DNA from: the human T2T-CHM13v2.0 reference genome, Homo sapiens | DNA: 64,000 nucleotides | Strand: one strand, 5' to 3' | Assembly: GCF_009914755.1 (NCBI RefSeq) | Contig: NC_060930.1 | Shown here: positions 37,701 through 53,099 of the stretch, in pieces | How positions within the stretch are numbered: the first letter of the stretch is position 1 | How the letters are laid out: every line of letters starts with the position of its first letter | Program-made: the position numbers and the translations under genes | The notes under the pieces: generated by a model | The model's input: only the letters and a program-made list of their open reading frames with translations | What the model was told of the DNA's origin: nothing | The model's database searches: none

Positions 37701-40087
37701 CCAAATTTCTCCCTCCATGATGCCTTTTATTACGCCCATCATTATCTACAGAACCTTGGAGGAAGCATCACCACTGTTAAGGCACTCAACTGCTAAGTAC
37801 ACCAACTAGACCAAATCTGAACACATGTTTTAAGAGTCATAGGGGAAAGCTATGTTACTTTGAACTTTTAGGCTGCTTCTGAAGTCATGGATGAGAAGAA
37901 GCAAATTTGAAAGTTAAAAATGGAAATAGTAGGTCTGGGTGGAGAGATGGCAGGGGCAAATGAGGGTGAGTAACTTTGAGCTCATCTGGGGAAAAGGTGA
38001 GAAAAAGACAAGAGAATATTCTTTACAATAAATCACAACTGTAGGGCAGTGTACAAATTAAACTTTGGAGGAACAAGAGAGAAGAGAGCCATTAATTTAC
38101 AAAGGGAAACTCAGGCATGGAATATAAGGTGTGATGAGTTTGAGTCTAGCGGGCGCCTTGAAGAGACTTTGGAGAAAGAAAAAAGCTTCATGTTTTTTGC
38201 TTAATGAAAGAACAGTCAAGAACTTTACCTGTGAGCTTTTCTTTAAAAACTGCAAACTATTACTGAATGTTCTAACCATCTTTTAGGATAATTTTTTTCC
38301 AGATGAAGTCAAATTATATTCTTTTTTCCTAACTTAGGGTTTAGCTGTTGGAATCCTTCTGTAAAAGGCATAATTGCCAAAATAACCACAGGTTTAATAC
38401 CTGATTATATCAGAAATCTCAGTGGAAATAAAAATGTTAATGTGGGATATGGGTATAACATGCACTAATACACAGTATGAGAACATCTGTAACTTTGTTT
38501 TTATTCTTAGCTCAAAAGTTAAAAGCAAGGGGTTTAATTTCAGGGTAAAGAAAGTGAAAAACCATCTGTTTTCCTTAGATGTTCCTAAAGCTTATGTATA
38601 TTATTTCTCGTTAAAAATAAGAACATACTAAAAAGTTGAGCTACAGATATAACAATAGCATACCCATAAGGCAATAGAATACGCTACAATACAAAATAAA
38701 AACAAGAATTGAATAACTGTTTAAACAGCGAAGTTACAAAGTTCTATTATTAAAGCCATTATTATTTCCAATCATATTTGCTTATTTGAATATATTTTCC
38801 TTTTTTAAGCAGTATATTTCCTTTTTCAGCAAATAGCTGAACTTTTAAGAAAAAAAGACTGATTAAAGTGTATACTCTTATATGGGTATGTGTGTATAAA
38901 AAACCTGATTTTCTCCTTTTCAAAAAGTCAGTGGCCAAATGAATTTAGCACACAATAATGAATTCCACAGCTGGGTTTAAATGGAACATGGCAAACCTAT
39001 ATCAGAAAACTTTTGGAAAAAGCTATTAAGATGAAGCTCATAATATCATTGAAACTGTGCCTGCCTGAATTGACTTCATTATGAATACAATTCTAAGAAT
39101 ATTCACACAGTCCAATTTTACATTTAAATGTATGACACATTGTTCTTAAGTACATTTTAAGCTGCACATTTTAGAACTAGATGATGAAACCACGTGCAAT
39201 TTTATGGTGTGGTCACAAAGGACACCTAGGAGAGGCTGACATTTCTGTACACGAGTGAGTGAGGCTAACTCTACGCAAACATGAAGAGCGCTTTGTGGTT
39301 CCTGCTTCAAATGGCATCCAGAAAGTCATATTTTGTGTATCGAGCACTCTCTCTCACTTTCCCAGTTTATCTATTTTGTGAGACTCATGCAGGTTGCAAC
39401 AATTTTACTTTAACTTTGGAAAGGCCTTTGAATTGCTGGAGGTGGTACACTCTAGCAAATGAATAACTGAATAAATGCATAAATGATAGATAATCCCCAA
39501 AAGAAAATTCTACATTAAGTAAACAATCCATGTAAATTTTTTTGCATATCCGACTTACCTCTTTGAATTTCTTAGCTTATCAGAATAAGCCATAAATGGC
39601 ATTGGATAAGGATCATGCCAACCAGTCTTTATAAATTACCATGTGTCTGAGGATCTGCAGCTAACAACAGTTGCCACTTTGGCCAGTGTAACCACCAAAA
39701 TGGTACTTACAAAGAAAAGTACAATTGATGCAGAGAGCAGATGTCTATGACCATTACATATCTGAAAGGGCTTAACAGTTCAAACTGTTCTTAAACTTCA
39801 GTGTGCCGAGCTTTCCCATCAATGGGAAATAAAAGTGAAAGTTTCTATTTCTAATGACCTTGACCTCATCCTTGGTCTTTCTCTTAACACTGAGGATTGT
39901 GACAATCTGGATCAACTGCAGATGCCCACCAGGCGCACAGATTCCCGCCAACCCTCTCAAGACAGAAAAAAAAAAGGAAGATTCAGGAAAGTTTTCTCCC
40001 TGACAGTCAGAGGTGGTGTAAAACTGGCATCACCAGAGTTCACCGGGAATGGGCTCTCTATCCAGCTTTGCAGTTTATAAACACTTT

Positions 40088-40330
40088 CATCAGTTCATTC
40101 GTTCATTCATTAATTCATTCATTCATCCATTCATTCATTCAGCTGTTCATTCTCTGAGCACCAACTCTGTACCAACCACTGCCACTGCTTCTTAGACTCT
40201 AAAGATACAAAGAACCAGAGCCCTGCGCTTCAAAAGGAAATGGCTATGTATGCAACTGGGCACACTATGTGTTCTCATGGTCTAATAGACATCTGCCAGG
40301 GGTACAATGGTGCACAGAGGACAGAGCTGT
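40088..40330 (-). mobile_element. L2 3' end with (TTCA)n tail
   Basis: ttcattcatt repeats followed by ctgagcaccaactctgtacca. Confidence 0.7.
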
Positions 40331-40559
40331 TAAACACCTAAGGTGAAGAGCTTACTAATATGATCTGCTCAGTGCTCTTTAACTGAAGCACTTGGTGAGC
40401 GTGTGTGTGCATGTGGTGTGTACATGCATGTATATGTACACACACATATGTGGTGTGCACTGGTGCTCAAAACTCAAAACTGGGGTGGCAGAAGCCGGAA
40501 GGTAAAAGGCTTTGTAAGCCCCCTCTCAGGAATGTTGCCCAAGGATGAGAGGGAACCAC

Positions 40560-40880
40560 TATGGAAGATGAGCTCACAATGACCTTCAAGCATTCCTTTC
40601 TCCAGGAAGCCCACCCTGGCCTCCCAGTCTGCTCTCAGCTACCAGCTCCCTCTTCTGTGATCCCACAGCATGCTGGATCTGCCTCTATCATAGGTAGCAC
40701 TTACCACCCAGACTATACAGACTGATTAACTCCTCTACGAATGCCCTGACTCACTTAAATTCTAAATATTACTTTAAAAGAGCCTTAAAGAGGAAGTTTT
40801 AAGGGAAGGGACCACGTCTTATTCATCTTTATATCCTTAGCATCTAACAGAGTTATGCAACCAATTAAAAACATAATAAA
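40560..40880 (+). mobile_element. L2 fragment
   Basis: ctccaggaagccc...gggaccacgtcttattcatctttatatccttagcatctaacag. Confidence 0.65.
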
Positions 40881-41924
40881 TGTGTGGGTGCGTGTTTCCA
40901 TCAGATTGGTGCTTTAGAAATACTCCTCTCAGAGCCATGTAAGAGCCAGCATAAAGAGCAATGAGAATGAAGAGGTTTAAGTCTACTCCCAAGTCCCCTC
41001 CTCCAATTTGGGGGTCCCTCCCATACCCAGATTTTTATAAGTGGTTGCTAGGTCTAAGTCCCAGAAAAAAAATGTGAAATTGCATAACTGCTGTGGGACT
41101 CTGGGTGCTTTTTTTAAATTTCAAGAATGGAACTAAAGGTACCATTTCAGTTAGATATACGATGATAATGAAGCTGTCAGAAGTAACTCCTGAGCACCTG
41201 CAACATGTTCAACAATTTGTTAGGTGCAATCCATCTAGGAGAAGCAGTAGACACAAATAAACACATCTTCTCCTGACCAGAAAAACATGCAGTTAAACTT
41301 GATACACACACACACACACAAATATGTGTGCATATCTGCATATACATACTGAACATAGATATGAAGATGGATAGAAAGCTCACAAAAGAACACTAAAAAC
41401 TGAATATTAGCCTGTGACTATAAATCAGTCAACCATGCTCAATGTACTAACCATCTCCCCTTCCTAAGCAGTCCTCAACACCAGGCAGTCAGATTGTTTT
41501 AACTCTTCACTTAAATGGTATGAAATTTCTAATGTCAGCAAGCCTATGATTTACTTACATTTTATATATTACATTAAAACAACTCTTAGAAAGTTTTCAC
41601 ACACACACACACACACACACAAATATAATGTCCTGAGACTATAGCTCTTTGATAGGTCTGAAATTATTTTTTGTTTTTTAATTTGACTACCTAATTCAGC
41701 CTAAATGAATTATTCCCAAAAAATCATAGCAATTGATTTATTTTAAAAATCATGTGCTTCCATTAATATCAGAACAGTAAAAACAGTCAGCATATTATAA
41801 CAAAATCTAATACAGCAATTATTCACTACTACACACCATTGTGAACCATTTACATCTAATATTTTAGCCTACAAGTCTGTCTCCTACCACTTTCTCTTGC
41901 TTGCGTCCTTATCAAAAATCAGTC

Positions 41925-43060
41925 AGCAAATATTTATTCCTTACTATATGTGTGATCAGCATTATGTAAGGATAAAAGATGTCTAAAACATAATACTTGC
42001 CCACAGTGGATTTATATTTTAATCGGAAATAAACATCCATTGATTCATAAACTTCCACAGAAACCTATGCCTCAAATCTCCAAGATTCAGGTATTGTGGT
42101 AACATTTTGGATGCAAAGATTAACAAAAGACACAGTCCCTGGCCTCAAATAGATCATCTTCCTAATACATAATAATTTACATAATAGATGCCACAATAAA
42201 GGTGTGTACAAAGTGCTAATAGTACCATAAGAAAAGAATGATTCTTTCTAAGGGCTCAATGAAGTTTTCCCAGAGAAACTGAAATCTGACCAGGCTCCCA
42301 CAAGGCTTTCACAAGCTGTGTGGTCACTACTATGGCTGGACCATCCCCTATGTGAGCATGAGGGATGAAAACTGGAGCAGACTATGGCAAGACTTGCATC
42401 CAAAAGAGACAGGCTCCACTCTTGTCAACAAGAAGCCACCAAAATTTCTAAGAATGATAGGACTGTGATCCTATCTGTGTTTCAGAACAATAATTTGTGA
42501 CAGTGTCAAGAATAAATTAAAGGAGAACAAAAGTGGAGGCAGACAACCCCTTAAGCAGGAATGCTCATGGGCAGAGAGAATATGATCTAGGGTAATGGCA
42601 GCAGAGTCAAGAGGTGGAAACTGATTCCACAGCTATGTTGGAAATAGACCGAACAGTATCCTGTGGGAGGTAGCAAGGAAGAAACACAAGCCAAAAGGTG
42701 ACTCCGAGGTTTCTCACTTAGGCATCTGAGTAGAATATACAGGGAAGATATAATTAACAATGATCCACAAAGAATGAATTTGATTTAAAATCTCTTAAGT
42801 TTGAAAATCCTGTGACATCAGTTCACATACTCGGGAGGCAGCCAGGATGTCAGAGTAGTGTTCTGGGAGATTTGGAGTGTAGAGATACCGAAGAGAAACT
42901 GCTTGTGATATAAATCTTAGAACATGACACAAAGATACACAGAGAAGGGGATTGATCTTTCTTCTCCGACTGAGAAAGAACAAAAAGATGGAAAAGCAGC
43001 AGACGGGAGTATGACAAAAACTAAAGGAAGGGCATTTGAGAAGATGGCAGTGTACCCACA
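41925..43060 (-). mobile_element. L2 fragments
   Basis: cagcaaatatttatt..., gtgactccgaggtttctcacttagg, gggagatttggagtg. Confidence 0.65.
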
Positions 43061-44963
43061 AAATATCAGCATCATGTACTGAGTTAATTAGGCATTAAAT
43101 AACAGAGGTGCCTTTTTGAGAACTTCTGGATGAGATGCCAGTTTTGTGACTCAGTAAGTAAATGTGAAAGGTTAAGATCAGAGAGGGTGAAAATTACAAA
43201 GTCTTCCCAGGGAATTTGTACTCCCACTGGGCCCTTCTATGTGGTCTGTAGAAAAGAGAGATGGGAGAACAGGACATTCCAGGTAGGAATTAGAAATAAG
43301 AACAAACCACTGAAGAAGCAGGGATTATCAAGAAATCTAACTAAAGAGACCCATCTTCTGAGATGAATGTTGAGGAATGAGAGACGAAGCCAGACCCGTC
43401 AAAAGAGTTACACTGTGGAGCACCCTGAGGGTTAATCAGAGACCCTGGACAGATCTGAGACAGGCCATAGCCATGCCCACAGGTCCTATCTGCCAGGTGT
43501 TCCCTGCTCCTAGAAATAACCGACCACAGCAGCCCCAAATTATTCCTGGCAACTCTTTCCACACTAGCCCCTGAACTGCTAACTGGCTGGGAATGACAGA
43601 ATCCACCTGCTGGTTTTGCTAGCAGCACATGATGCAAACAACAACCGTCTGCCCGTTTATCAGCTGACCCTGCCTGACCAATATTCACAATGACTGTCTC
43701 CCGATTAATCTGGTAAACAGAAGGGGGCAGGTCAAAGATGTCCAGGGGCTTACCTCTCAGAACATTCCAATTAACCTATCAGGACAGGAAGGAAGAGATT
43801 AAAGACCTAACTTTCTCACTGCTTTCAAGTTGCTGGAAGATGGTGATTCTCCTACTTGCTGGTTCTATCTTAAAAGCCTGCCACCTCCTTCCTTCTCTTC
43901 TGCAGTTTGTGCAAAATTACTCTTGTTTTAATTCATAGGTGGAAAGTTGGCAAGCTTCAATAATTTTCTTTCACAATTTCTACCAAACACACATAGCAGC
44001 AGATGAGGTGTGAATTATCAGTATCTTAAATAACTGAAGCTAATGAACAAAAAGAGTTTAGCTCTTAAACAATTAGGTATAAATCAGCTCTGGCTTCTTT
44101 TTGGAATCTGGAAGGCTCTTCTTACTGCAGACAAGAGCAAAAGGTTACAGCAAATTTGTAGAAATGTCTGCACCCAGCTTGCAGAAATTTACTCATTGGT
44201 TTTTTAAATGAAGGCACTGTTTACAGCATTAATTGGAGATTTTAAGCAGCAGGTGGTAGGATTTCATTTTATTTTGTAAAGTTAAGTCTAACGGTTGTCA
44301 AATGGCCTGGGTCGAAGTGAATTATTTTGAGTTTTTTCTCAAGCTCTCTGAAATGAAGCTTTTACTGCCTGCCAAGTAATGGCCTTCTTTTGCCATGTAA
44401 ATGTGGGATCAATCTAGTTTTAAACAGAAAGATTTTTCTAATGCATTTTTGGTATTTTTCAAGCTGTGATACAGCTGATAGGAGTTCTGATAAAATGTGA
44501 ATTACAGGAAATTCATATTTATAAGCATTTCCAAGTCATTTTAGAGCAGTGACTTTTAAACATCTGCTAATGAAGAATCCTGAAAGCAGCACTGTGTACT
44601 AACTTCGAATATTTCCTACCTCTGTTTCTTTCCTTAACCCAGGCTCTGATGGAATAATCACATCTTGGGTCTTGCCATCCTGAGTCTGGTTTTGTGAGCT
44701 CGTGGTCACTGTCCACAAAGAGGATGTGACTCAGAGTGGAGAGGAGAGGTGGGAGTCATAGGTCATAATCTCTTGAGGGGGCTGGTTGCCTAGTAGTTCT
44801 AGTTCTGTTGTGGCCACTGCTAGATTTCACAATCATACACTTCTGAAGTGCTTTCTGGTTCTGTTTTTGGCTTTTAATTTTCCCCCAAAGAATACCAGAA
44901 ATCATAGCACTGCTAAGTAGATGCGTTGTGAAAACATATAGACAGGTCTCCCCTTGCTCTTTC

Positions 44964-45448
44964 TGTATTGGTTTCCTACAGCTACTGTTATAAGTTACCA
45001 CAGACTTGGTGGCTGAAAACAACACACATTTATTGTCTTACAGTTCTGGAGGCCAGAGTCTGAGGCACATCTCACTGGGCTAAAATCAAGGTGTTGGCAG
45101 GACTATGTTCCTTCTGGAGGCTCTAGGGCAGAATCTGTGACCTTGTCTTTTCCTGTTGTAGAAGCCATCTTCACTCCTTGGCTCATGGCCCCCATCCATC
45201 CTTAGAGCCGGCCATGGCTCGTGGTCGAGTCTTTTTTACATTATCTCTCTGCTTCTAACTCTTCTACCTCCCTGTCTCACATTTAAAGGACCTTATGATT
45301 ACATTGGACCCACCACAGTAATTCAGGATCATCTCCCTATTCCAAGGTCAGCTGATTAGCAACCTTAATTCCCCCTTGCCGTGTAACATTTATCCACAGA
45401 TCCTGGTTTGAGTGAGAATCTTTGGGGGCCGTTATTTTGCTTGCCACA
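44964..45448 (-). mobile_element. MLT1D-like MaLR solo LTR, sense to DCDC2
   Basis: tgtattggtttcct...atttattgtcttacagttctggaggcc...ggtcagctgattagcaaccttaattcc...ttgccaca. Confidence 0.85.
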
Positions 45449-46204
45449 TTCCCATGAAATCTTTCAGGAAAAAAAATGCAAAAAATTTTCATGGTAGACA
45501 TTATCAAAGTAAACTAGCCAGTCAAATAGAAAAGCTGATTTCATCTGAGGGAGCTGCCCCTTCAGAATGCTCAAATTCTAATGACTTTTTAAAAATCCTC
45601 AACACTTATGATCCTGTCTTCACTGAGCCCATAAATGGAGATACACTGTAAATGTTTATGCTTACATTATTTTATACTCACTTCCTTCAGCACCAAACAA
45701 CAGGAAGGATGAGTTCCATGTCCACACTTAGATCTGACTGATCTCAGGAGTGTAGAAGTCAGAGGGTGCCTATCCCAAACTCCCACCACTGGCCCCACCA
45801 CTTCCCCTTTGAGAGACCCATGGTTTGGCCACTGGCTTCCTTCTGACCCACCCAGCCTGCTCTTGGCCACACAGTCCTTCCCCGGACCACAAAATGTCCA
45901 GAAATCCTCTTCCAACCTCTAAGTCCCAAAAGTAAACAGCTCTTGCCAGAGTTTTCTAAGGGATTTTACCATTAGGAAAACTTAAAACATAAAGTTTTTA
46001 AAAATCTTATTTTAATTCAACAATGTTTACTGAGCATCATGTTAAAGACACTTTTCTAAGCACTGGGAATGCAGAAGTGAACAAAACAAGCCAAAATCAC
46101 TGGTCTCATATGACTTACATTTGGGAAGGAGGCGGCCAATGGAGAGTGACAAGGAACAGGATTATTATCATGTAAGTGCCATGAAGTGCTAGAAAGAGGG
46201 TCTA

Positions 46205-46594
<390 letters not shown>

Positions 46595-47891
46595 TCAGAG
46601 GGGAGACTGTTCCAGACAGAGGGAATGCCAGTGCAAAGGCCCTGAGGTAGAAGCAAACACAGAAAAATTACTAAGTATTAGGGATTTATAGCTTTTTCAC
46701 TAAAAGAACTAGTCCTGGAATTCATTTAAATGCAAAAGTACTAGCTCCTTATCCTTTTAAAAATTATCTTCTACCACTATCTTCATTTTCTGTCTTAAGG
46801 CTCTACCTAGCCCATTTAAATCACCAAAGAGTCTGCATAGGCCATGCTCCACTCAATAACAATAAGGGACAAAGCAGAGTCCTAAGAGAAACTGGAAAGA
46901 GTCACTACTGAAGGGCAAAAATGCACAGAAAAGGAGGCTTATGGAAGGCCCACGTTGTCTGCCCCATGGCCTGCCTTCCATCCAGGCAGAATTCCAAATG
47001 CAGAAATGGGAGCGATGAGAAGAGATGTTGCTGGGTGCCAGGTCCCTTTCCTCCCACATTCCCTTCTCAGCATCGCTGTTGTCAGACCTTTCCTTATTTC
47101 TGCATCTATGTCCAGGTTTGCTGTGTGTCTCCCTCAGGAGAATGTTCACGCCCTGAGAGCAAAGATCTTGCCTGACCTGCTCACCCCCATCACCAAGAGG
47201 ACTCTGGCCCCATCTAGGCCCTGGGTACCATTATATGCAGGATGTGCTTTCTGAGACCCAGGCCAGGAGCTCTGGTTGCAGGAGACCCATGAAGAAGGAA
47301 AAGGTATCAGGCCAGAAGCTGACTCTTTCTCTGGAAAAATTACTGCACTTTCTACATATAACAAGTTTGCTTTTAAAAGGATATACACCTGTTTCTGGAC
47401 ACAGTCCTTTCCAGCCAGCTCAGACCTGGGTTGTGTTGGGACAAAGAACAATCCTCCCCTCCCCCATCCTCCACCACTATCACCACGTGCCTGCCTTTTG
47501 TCAATACTTAGGAAACCTTTATCTGAAGGGAGTGCTATCCTCTCCTCACTCAAAGGGAAAATGGTGAAGAGGGGGAGGGAAGGAATAGCAGGAGACATTA
47601 AAAAAAACAGAACTGTAATTATTTATGTGATGAAAAGGTTGTTCTCAGGATGCTGTGCAGAGACACGATGTGATGGAACTATTCCCATCACATTAATAAT
47701 AATAATAAAAAGGCCTTCACCTCCCATGACAAGAAGCTGCAAATCTAAATAATTTTATCTTCTCCTCTGAATATTTCCCAGGATACAACAGTAGCTCTCA
47801 GGCAGAGAGAAATTATTCACTGAGCACATTAAAATACTCCCTTTCAAAAATGACTTCAAGATAATATTTGTTGCATGACTTTAGTAATTTC

Positions 47892-47935
<44 letters not shown>

Positions 47936-47950
47936 ACATACATACATATA
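47892..47950. repeat. (TA)n(CA)n microsatellite
   Basis: Read directly. Confidence 0.93.
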
Positions 47951-49789
47951 ACTAAAATGCTCAATTTTGTTGATGGAGTAGTTTAAACTTTATACAGCAA
48001 TTTAATCGAATATAACAGATATAAAAAGATATATGGTTATGCCATGTCTGAAATATCAGGAATATCCATGCACTCAAGCAATGTTTTTAAAGATTTATTC
48101 ACATAAAGTGCCATAAAATTGACGTACATCTCAATTAACCAGGCACAGAAATATTTTAACTATAGCATAATAAATACTAGTTCACTAAGTTTTCAAACAC
48201 CTAAGGAATGAAAGTTTATACATCCCCTACAAACAGAAGGACATTCTCTCGTTTAAATGAGCACACTGCTGTCACTGTGTTTCAGAACTCTGTCTTACTT
48301 GCAAGTTCGCAAAGTCAACTCAATCAGCATGTTCAGGCACTAAACAAACTCACCAATACTAAAGTGTAAGCCAGGAGGCCATCAAAATTAATTAGATCAT
48401 TATATTTTAGAGCCTCAGAGGACTTGAGAAAGTAAATGGTTCAACCCTTTCATTTTACAATTGAGAACAGAATTGTTGAACAATTTGCCCAAGGCATGAC
48501 TAGACCCATATTTTTCACTTACACCAGCCATGCTCTTTAATTTACAATAGGCTATATCTGGTTGATAGACAAAATATTATTTTGATGGGTTGAACAAGGG
48601 AAATCAAATTTATAACATTGCTTTAGTGAACATGGAGCTCTCTATAGCTTGACACAGTGCCTTCCAGAAGGTCAGTGCTCAATAAATAATGGATAAAGGT
48701 GAGTGAATGAATTAATGAATGAATGGGGTTCTTGAAAAAAAAAAAATACTTGTTTCATGCTGTACTTCCTTCTGGCCATAGGAAAAGCTAGCCAACTTTC
48801 CTTTCCATATCTTCCTAGGAACAACCTGGCAAAAAAAACAACCTGGGTAAAAACATCTTTCCTTTTCTGAAGCATGATAGGCAATGGCCATTTAGGGCAG
48901 CACTCAATGGTTTTCCCAAAGCTGAGTTATTTGTTTTCTATGTTTAATATGTTTTCAAGGGGACACAAACTCTGTGAGGTGTCCTATCTGATGACAATGG
49001 CGATCAGACTTCATCACAAAGTTCTAATAAAATAGTCTGTCCTCTTCCCAACAATATATAATTTTTAAGTTTAGGTATACTGTTAGGTTCATTTCCAGAA
49101 TAGTCCTACTGGCTTCACAAATAGCTCAACACAAAATCAAAGGAGGCTCTGTTTCTTGGACTTTTGTCTGATTACAAAATAAATAATCTATACTTCTTAC
49201 CTGTGGCCTCTATCTATTCATATTATGTGGCGTGGTTACTTTTTATTTGCTTAAATCACTACTGTTTCATCAAAATGCCCAACACTTATCATCTGTACTA
49301 TTCTTGTTGATACTTTACCCCTTGATGTATTTTAATGTTACCTATTTTGTATACATTATCGTCATCCCCCAATGAGATTATAAATTGCTTAGTGTCAGAA
49401 GCAATTTCTTAAAATATCACAGAGTAGTCAATAAATCCATGTTATTTTAACCCAGGTTTAATTGTTTGACGCTACTGGGAAAAAATAGCCATGTAAAAGT
49501 GTTCTCCAGTGAGGCAGTTTAATTAGAAATTCACTCTTTTTAAAATTGTCTGTATGCATTTAGGAAAGAACACAGTAATGGAAAGGAGCCAAAAAGAAGT
49601 TCAGTTAGAAGCTCTTAATGATGAAATAATTTATATAATTGCTAGTTTGATAGATGAAGAAAACATCAAACATATATAATATTTGCATTTCAACATAATG
49701 GCTAGCAGACTCACTAATCTACATATCTTTGTATATAGGATGGTGAAATTTAGTTAGGGAAATGTGATGATTATGTGCATTTAAGTAAG

Positions 49790-50700
49790 TTCATTCAATG
49801 ATTATTTTACTCAACAAACATTTACTGAGTATCTACTAAATGCCAGCTTAAATGCAAATTATACCAAAATGAGTGAACTGTGGACCCTGCCTTTAACTAG
49901 CTCATGATCTTGTGAGAGATGCACATAAAATGCAGATAGATTATGCACAATGACATAAAGATAAACACTAATAAGCCAGACTTGTAAGGAAGCAGGAGGC
50001 CAACTATAGAAGAAGGTTCAAGGAATATCCTAGGGAAAGGTCACACCTAAGCTGACTCTTAAAAACAAGTAAGCTTTGACAAAAAGAAGTTGGTTGGCCG
50101 TATGAGGAAGGAGAATTTTAAAGGAGACCATAAAAAAAAAAAAAATCGCACGGGGCACAGAGGAAATTACAAGCCATTGAATGTAGTGAGCGATCAAGCC
50201 CAGCTTAGGAAGTGCTGGAAGATGATACAAAAGAGTCAGAACATAAACTTGAGTGCAAAGTTGAAGATAATGGGCTTTGTCCCGTGGGCAACAGGAAGCC
50301 AATGGCGGGTTTGCAGCATGTGAACCACACAGTCAGATTTTGTTTGGACAGATAACGTTGGGAACGAGTGCAGAACAAAACTCAGAAGGCAAAGCCCAGA
50401 AGAAAGGGCACCTGTTAGGAGGTTATTGCTGCCTGTGGAGAAAAAAAGGAGAACCTAAACAAGGGTGGAGGTAGAGAGGTGGAAATCAGAGAAGTTTCCA
50501 AATATTTAGTAAGTAAAATCACAGGACTTGATGAAAAATTGTGAGTATGTACTAAAAGGAAGGGGAACATTAAGATTGTGTCTAGATTTCAGGCATAAGT
50601 AGATAGTGATATCAAGCGATATAGACAGTTTTAGAGTAGAAGACAGTTTAGTTTTAGGGATGTTGGGTACAAGTCTTTGGACCCCAAAAAATGTACACCA
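49790..50700 (-). mobile_element. L2 fragment
   Basis: tcaacaaacatttactgagtatctactaaatgccag...gtaaaatcacaggacttg...gtttagttttagggatgttg. Confidence 0.75.
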
Positions 50701-52628
50701 CTGTCCAAGTGTCAATTTTAAGAAGGGCCTCTCTCATGGACCCCTATTTATTTCAATAAGCTTATAAAAATAATTAGATACCACATAGATAGCACACTTG
50801 CCAAACACCCAGATTATGGGAGGATAGAAATGATAACAAATAAATACTTAATAACAAAATCAAGGCCCAAAATGATCCTGACAAACTGAAATATGGATGA
50901 ACAAAATTCAATTTAATAGGATAACATGAAAAATTCTGCATTATGGGATAAAAAGATATGATTTGACAGCTGGTCATGCAGAAATAAATGAGAATTTTAG
51001 TAGCACTTAATTTAGCTATATTACATCTAAAAACTTGAATTTTACTCATAAGAATGTGTAATACATTTTTAACAACATATCTTTCAGATTGAGGGGGGCC
51101 ACAGAACACTGAGTTCTCTCAAAATGTTTCAGCAGTCATCACAGTGAATGGGGGAGATAAGACATGGACAGATGGGCCTTATTCCTTGTCCTGCAAACTC
51201 CCTGCAAGCAGGAAAGATCCTCTTTTACTTATTATACAAAGTGGACTTTGCATAAAATTTCCTTCAAGGAAAGGGTTCCATAGATGTAAAAGTTCTCAGC
51301 AAAATACTAACAAACCAAATCCAGCAGCACATCAAAAGGTTAATTCACCACAATCAAGTAGGCTTTATTCCTGGGATGCAAGTTTGATTCAACATACACA
51401 AATCAATAAATATGATGTACCACATAAACAGAATTAAGAACAAAAAACCATATGATCATCTCAATAGATAAAATAAAAGCTTTTGATCAAAATCCAACAT
51501 CCCTTCATAATAAAAAGTCTCAAAAAACTAGGCATCAAAGAAACATACCTCAAAATAACTAGCGCCATTTATGACAAACCCACAAGCCAACATCATGCTG
51601 AACAGACAAAAGCTGGAAGCATTCCCCTTGAGAAATGGAACAAGACAAGCCTGCCCACTCTCACCTCTACAAAAGCACTGTACAAAAATCAGTAGCATTT
51701 CTACACACCAATAATGTACAAGCTGAGAGCCAAATCAAGAACATAATCCCATTTACAATAGCCATACGCAAAAATAAAACACCTAAGAATACATATAACC
51801 AAGAAGGTGAAAGATTTCTACAAGGAGAACTACACTGCTGAAAGAAATCATAGATGACACAAATGGAAAAACATTCCATGCTCATGAATTAGAAGAGCCA
51901 ATGTCATTAAAATGGTCACAATGCCCAAAGCAATTTAGACTCAATGCCATTTCTGTCTGACATCATTTTTCATAGAATTAGGAAAAAAAAAATTCTAAAA
52001 TTCATATGAACCAAAATGGAACCCAAATAGCCAAAGCAATCCTAAGAAAAAGAACAAACCTGAAGGTGTCATACTACCTGACTTCAAACTATACTAAAAG
52101 GCTAAAGTAACCCAAACAGCATGGCACTGGTACAAAAACAGACCAATGGAACAGATAGAGAACCCAAAAATAAAGCTGCACACCTATAGCCATCTGATCT
52201 TTGACAAAATCAGCAAAAATAAGCAATGGGGAAAGAACTCCCTATTCGACACATGGTGCTGGGAAAGCTGGCTTTTACCATATACAAGAATTAACCCAAA
52301 ATGATTAAAGATTTAAATGTAAAATCTCAAACTGCAAGAATCCTAGAAGACGACCTAGGAAACAGTATTCTGGACATTGGCCTTGGCAAAGAATTTATGG
52401 CTAAATCCTCAAAAGCAATTGAAACATAAACAAAACTTGACAAGTGGGACCTAATTAAACTAAAGAGCTTCTGCACACCAAAGAAACTATCAACAGAGTA
52501 AACAGACAAGCTACAGAATAGAATATCTGCAAACTATGCATCCAAATGAAAGCCTAACATCTTGAATTATAAGGAACTTAAATCAACAAGAAAAAAAAAC
52601 AAACAACCCCATTAAGAAGTGGACAAAA

Positions 52629-52921
52629 GGCCAAGTGCAGTGGCTCACACCTGTAACCCCAGCACTTTGGGAGGTTGAGGCGGGTGGATCACCTGAGGTC
52701 AGGAGTTCAAGACCAGCCTGCCCAATATGGTAAAACCCCATCTCTACTAAAAATATAAAAATTAGCTGGGCATGGTGGCAGGCACCTGTAATCTGGCCAC
52801 TTGGGGGGCTGAGGCATGAGAATCGCTTGAATCTGGGAGGCGGAGGTTGTAGTGAGCCAAGATTGCACAATTGCACTCCAGCCTGGGCTACAAGAGCAAA
52901 GCTCTGACTCAAAAAAAAAAA
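52629..52921 (+). mobile_element. AluSq-like SINE nested in L1PB
   Basis: acaagagcaaa diagnostic. TSD AAGAAGTGGACAAA on both sides. Confidence 0.93.
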
Positions 52922-53099
52922 GAAGAAGTGGACAAAGGACATGAATAGACACTCACCAAAACAAACTATATAAGCAGCCAATATGCATATGAAAAATGCC
53001 CATCATCACTAATCATTAGAGAAATGCCATCAAAACCACAATGAGATAACTGTCTCACTCTAGTCAGAATGGCTATCATGAAAAGGTAAAAAAAAAAAT

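Noticed and set aside
27229-45448. Two MLT1D LTRs as the ends of one provirus
   Set aside because: They are in opposite orientation, 17 kb apart, with no internal MaLR sequence, so they are independent solo LTRs.
46853-47752. Cluster of overlapping 100-158 aa ORFs
   Set aside because: Slightly GC-richer unique sequence with no recognisable homology or convincing splice structure.
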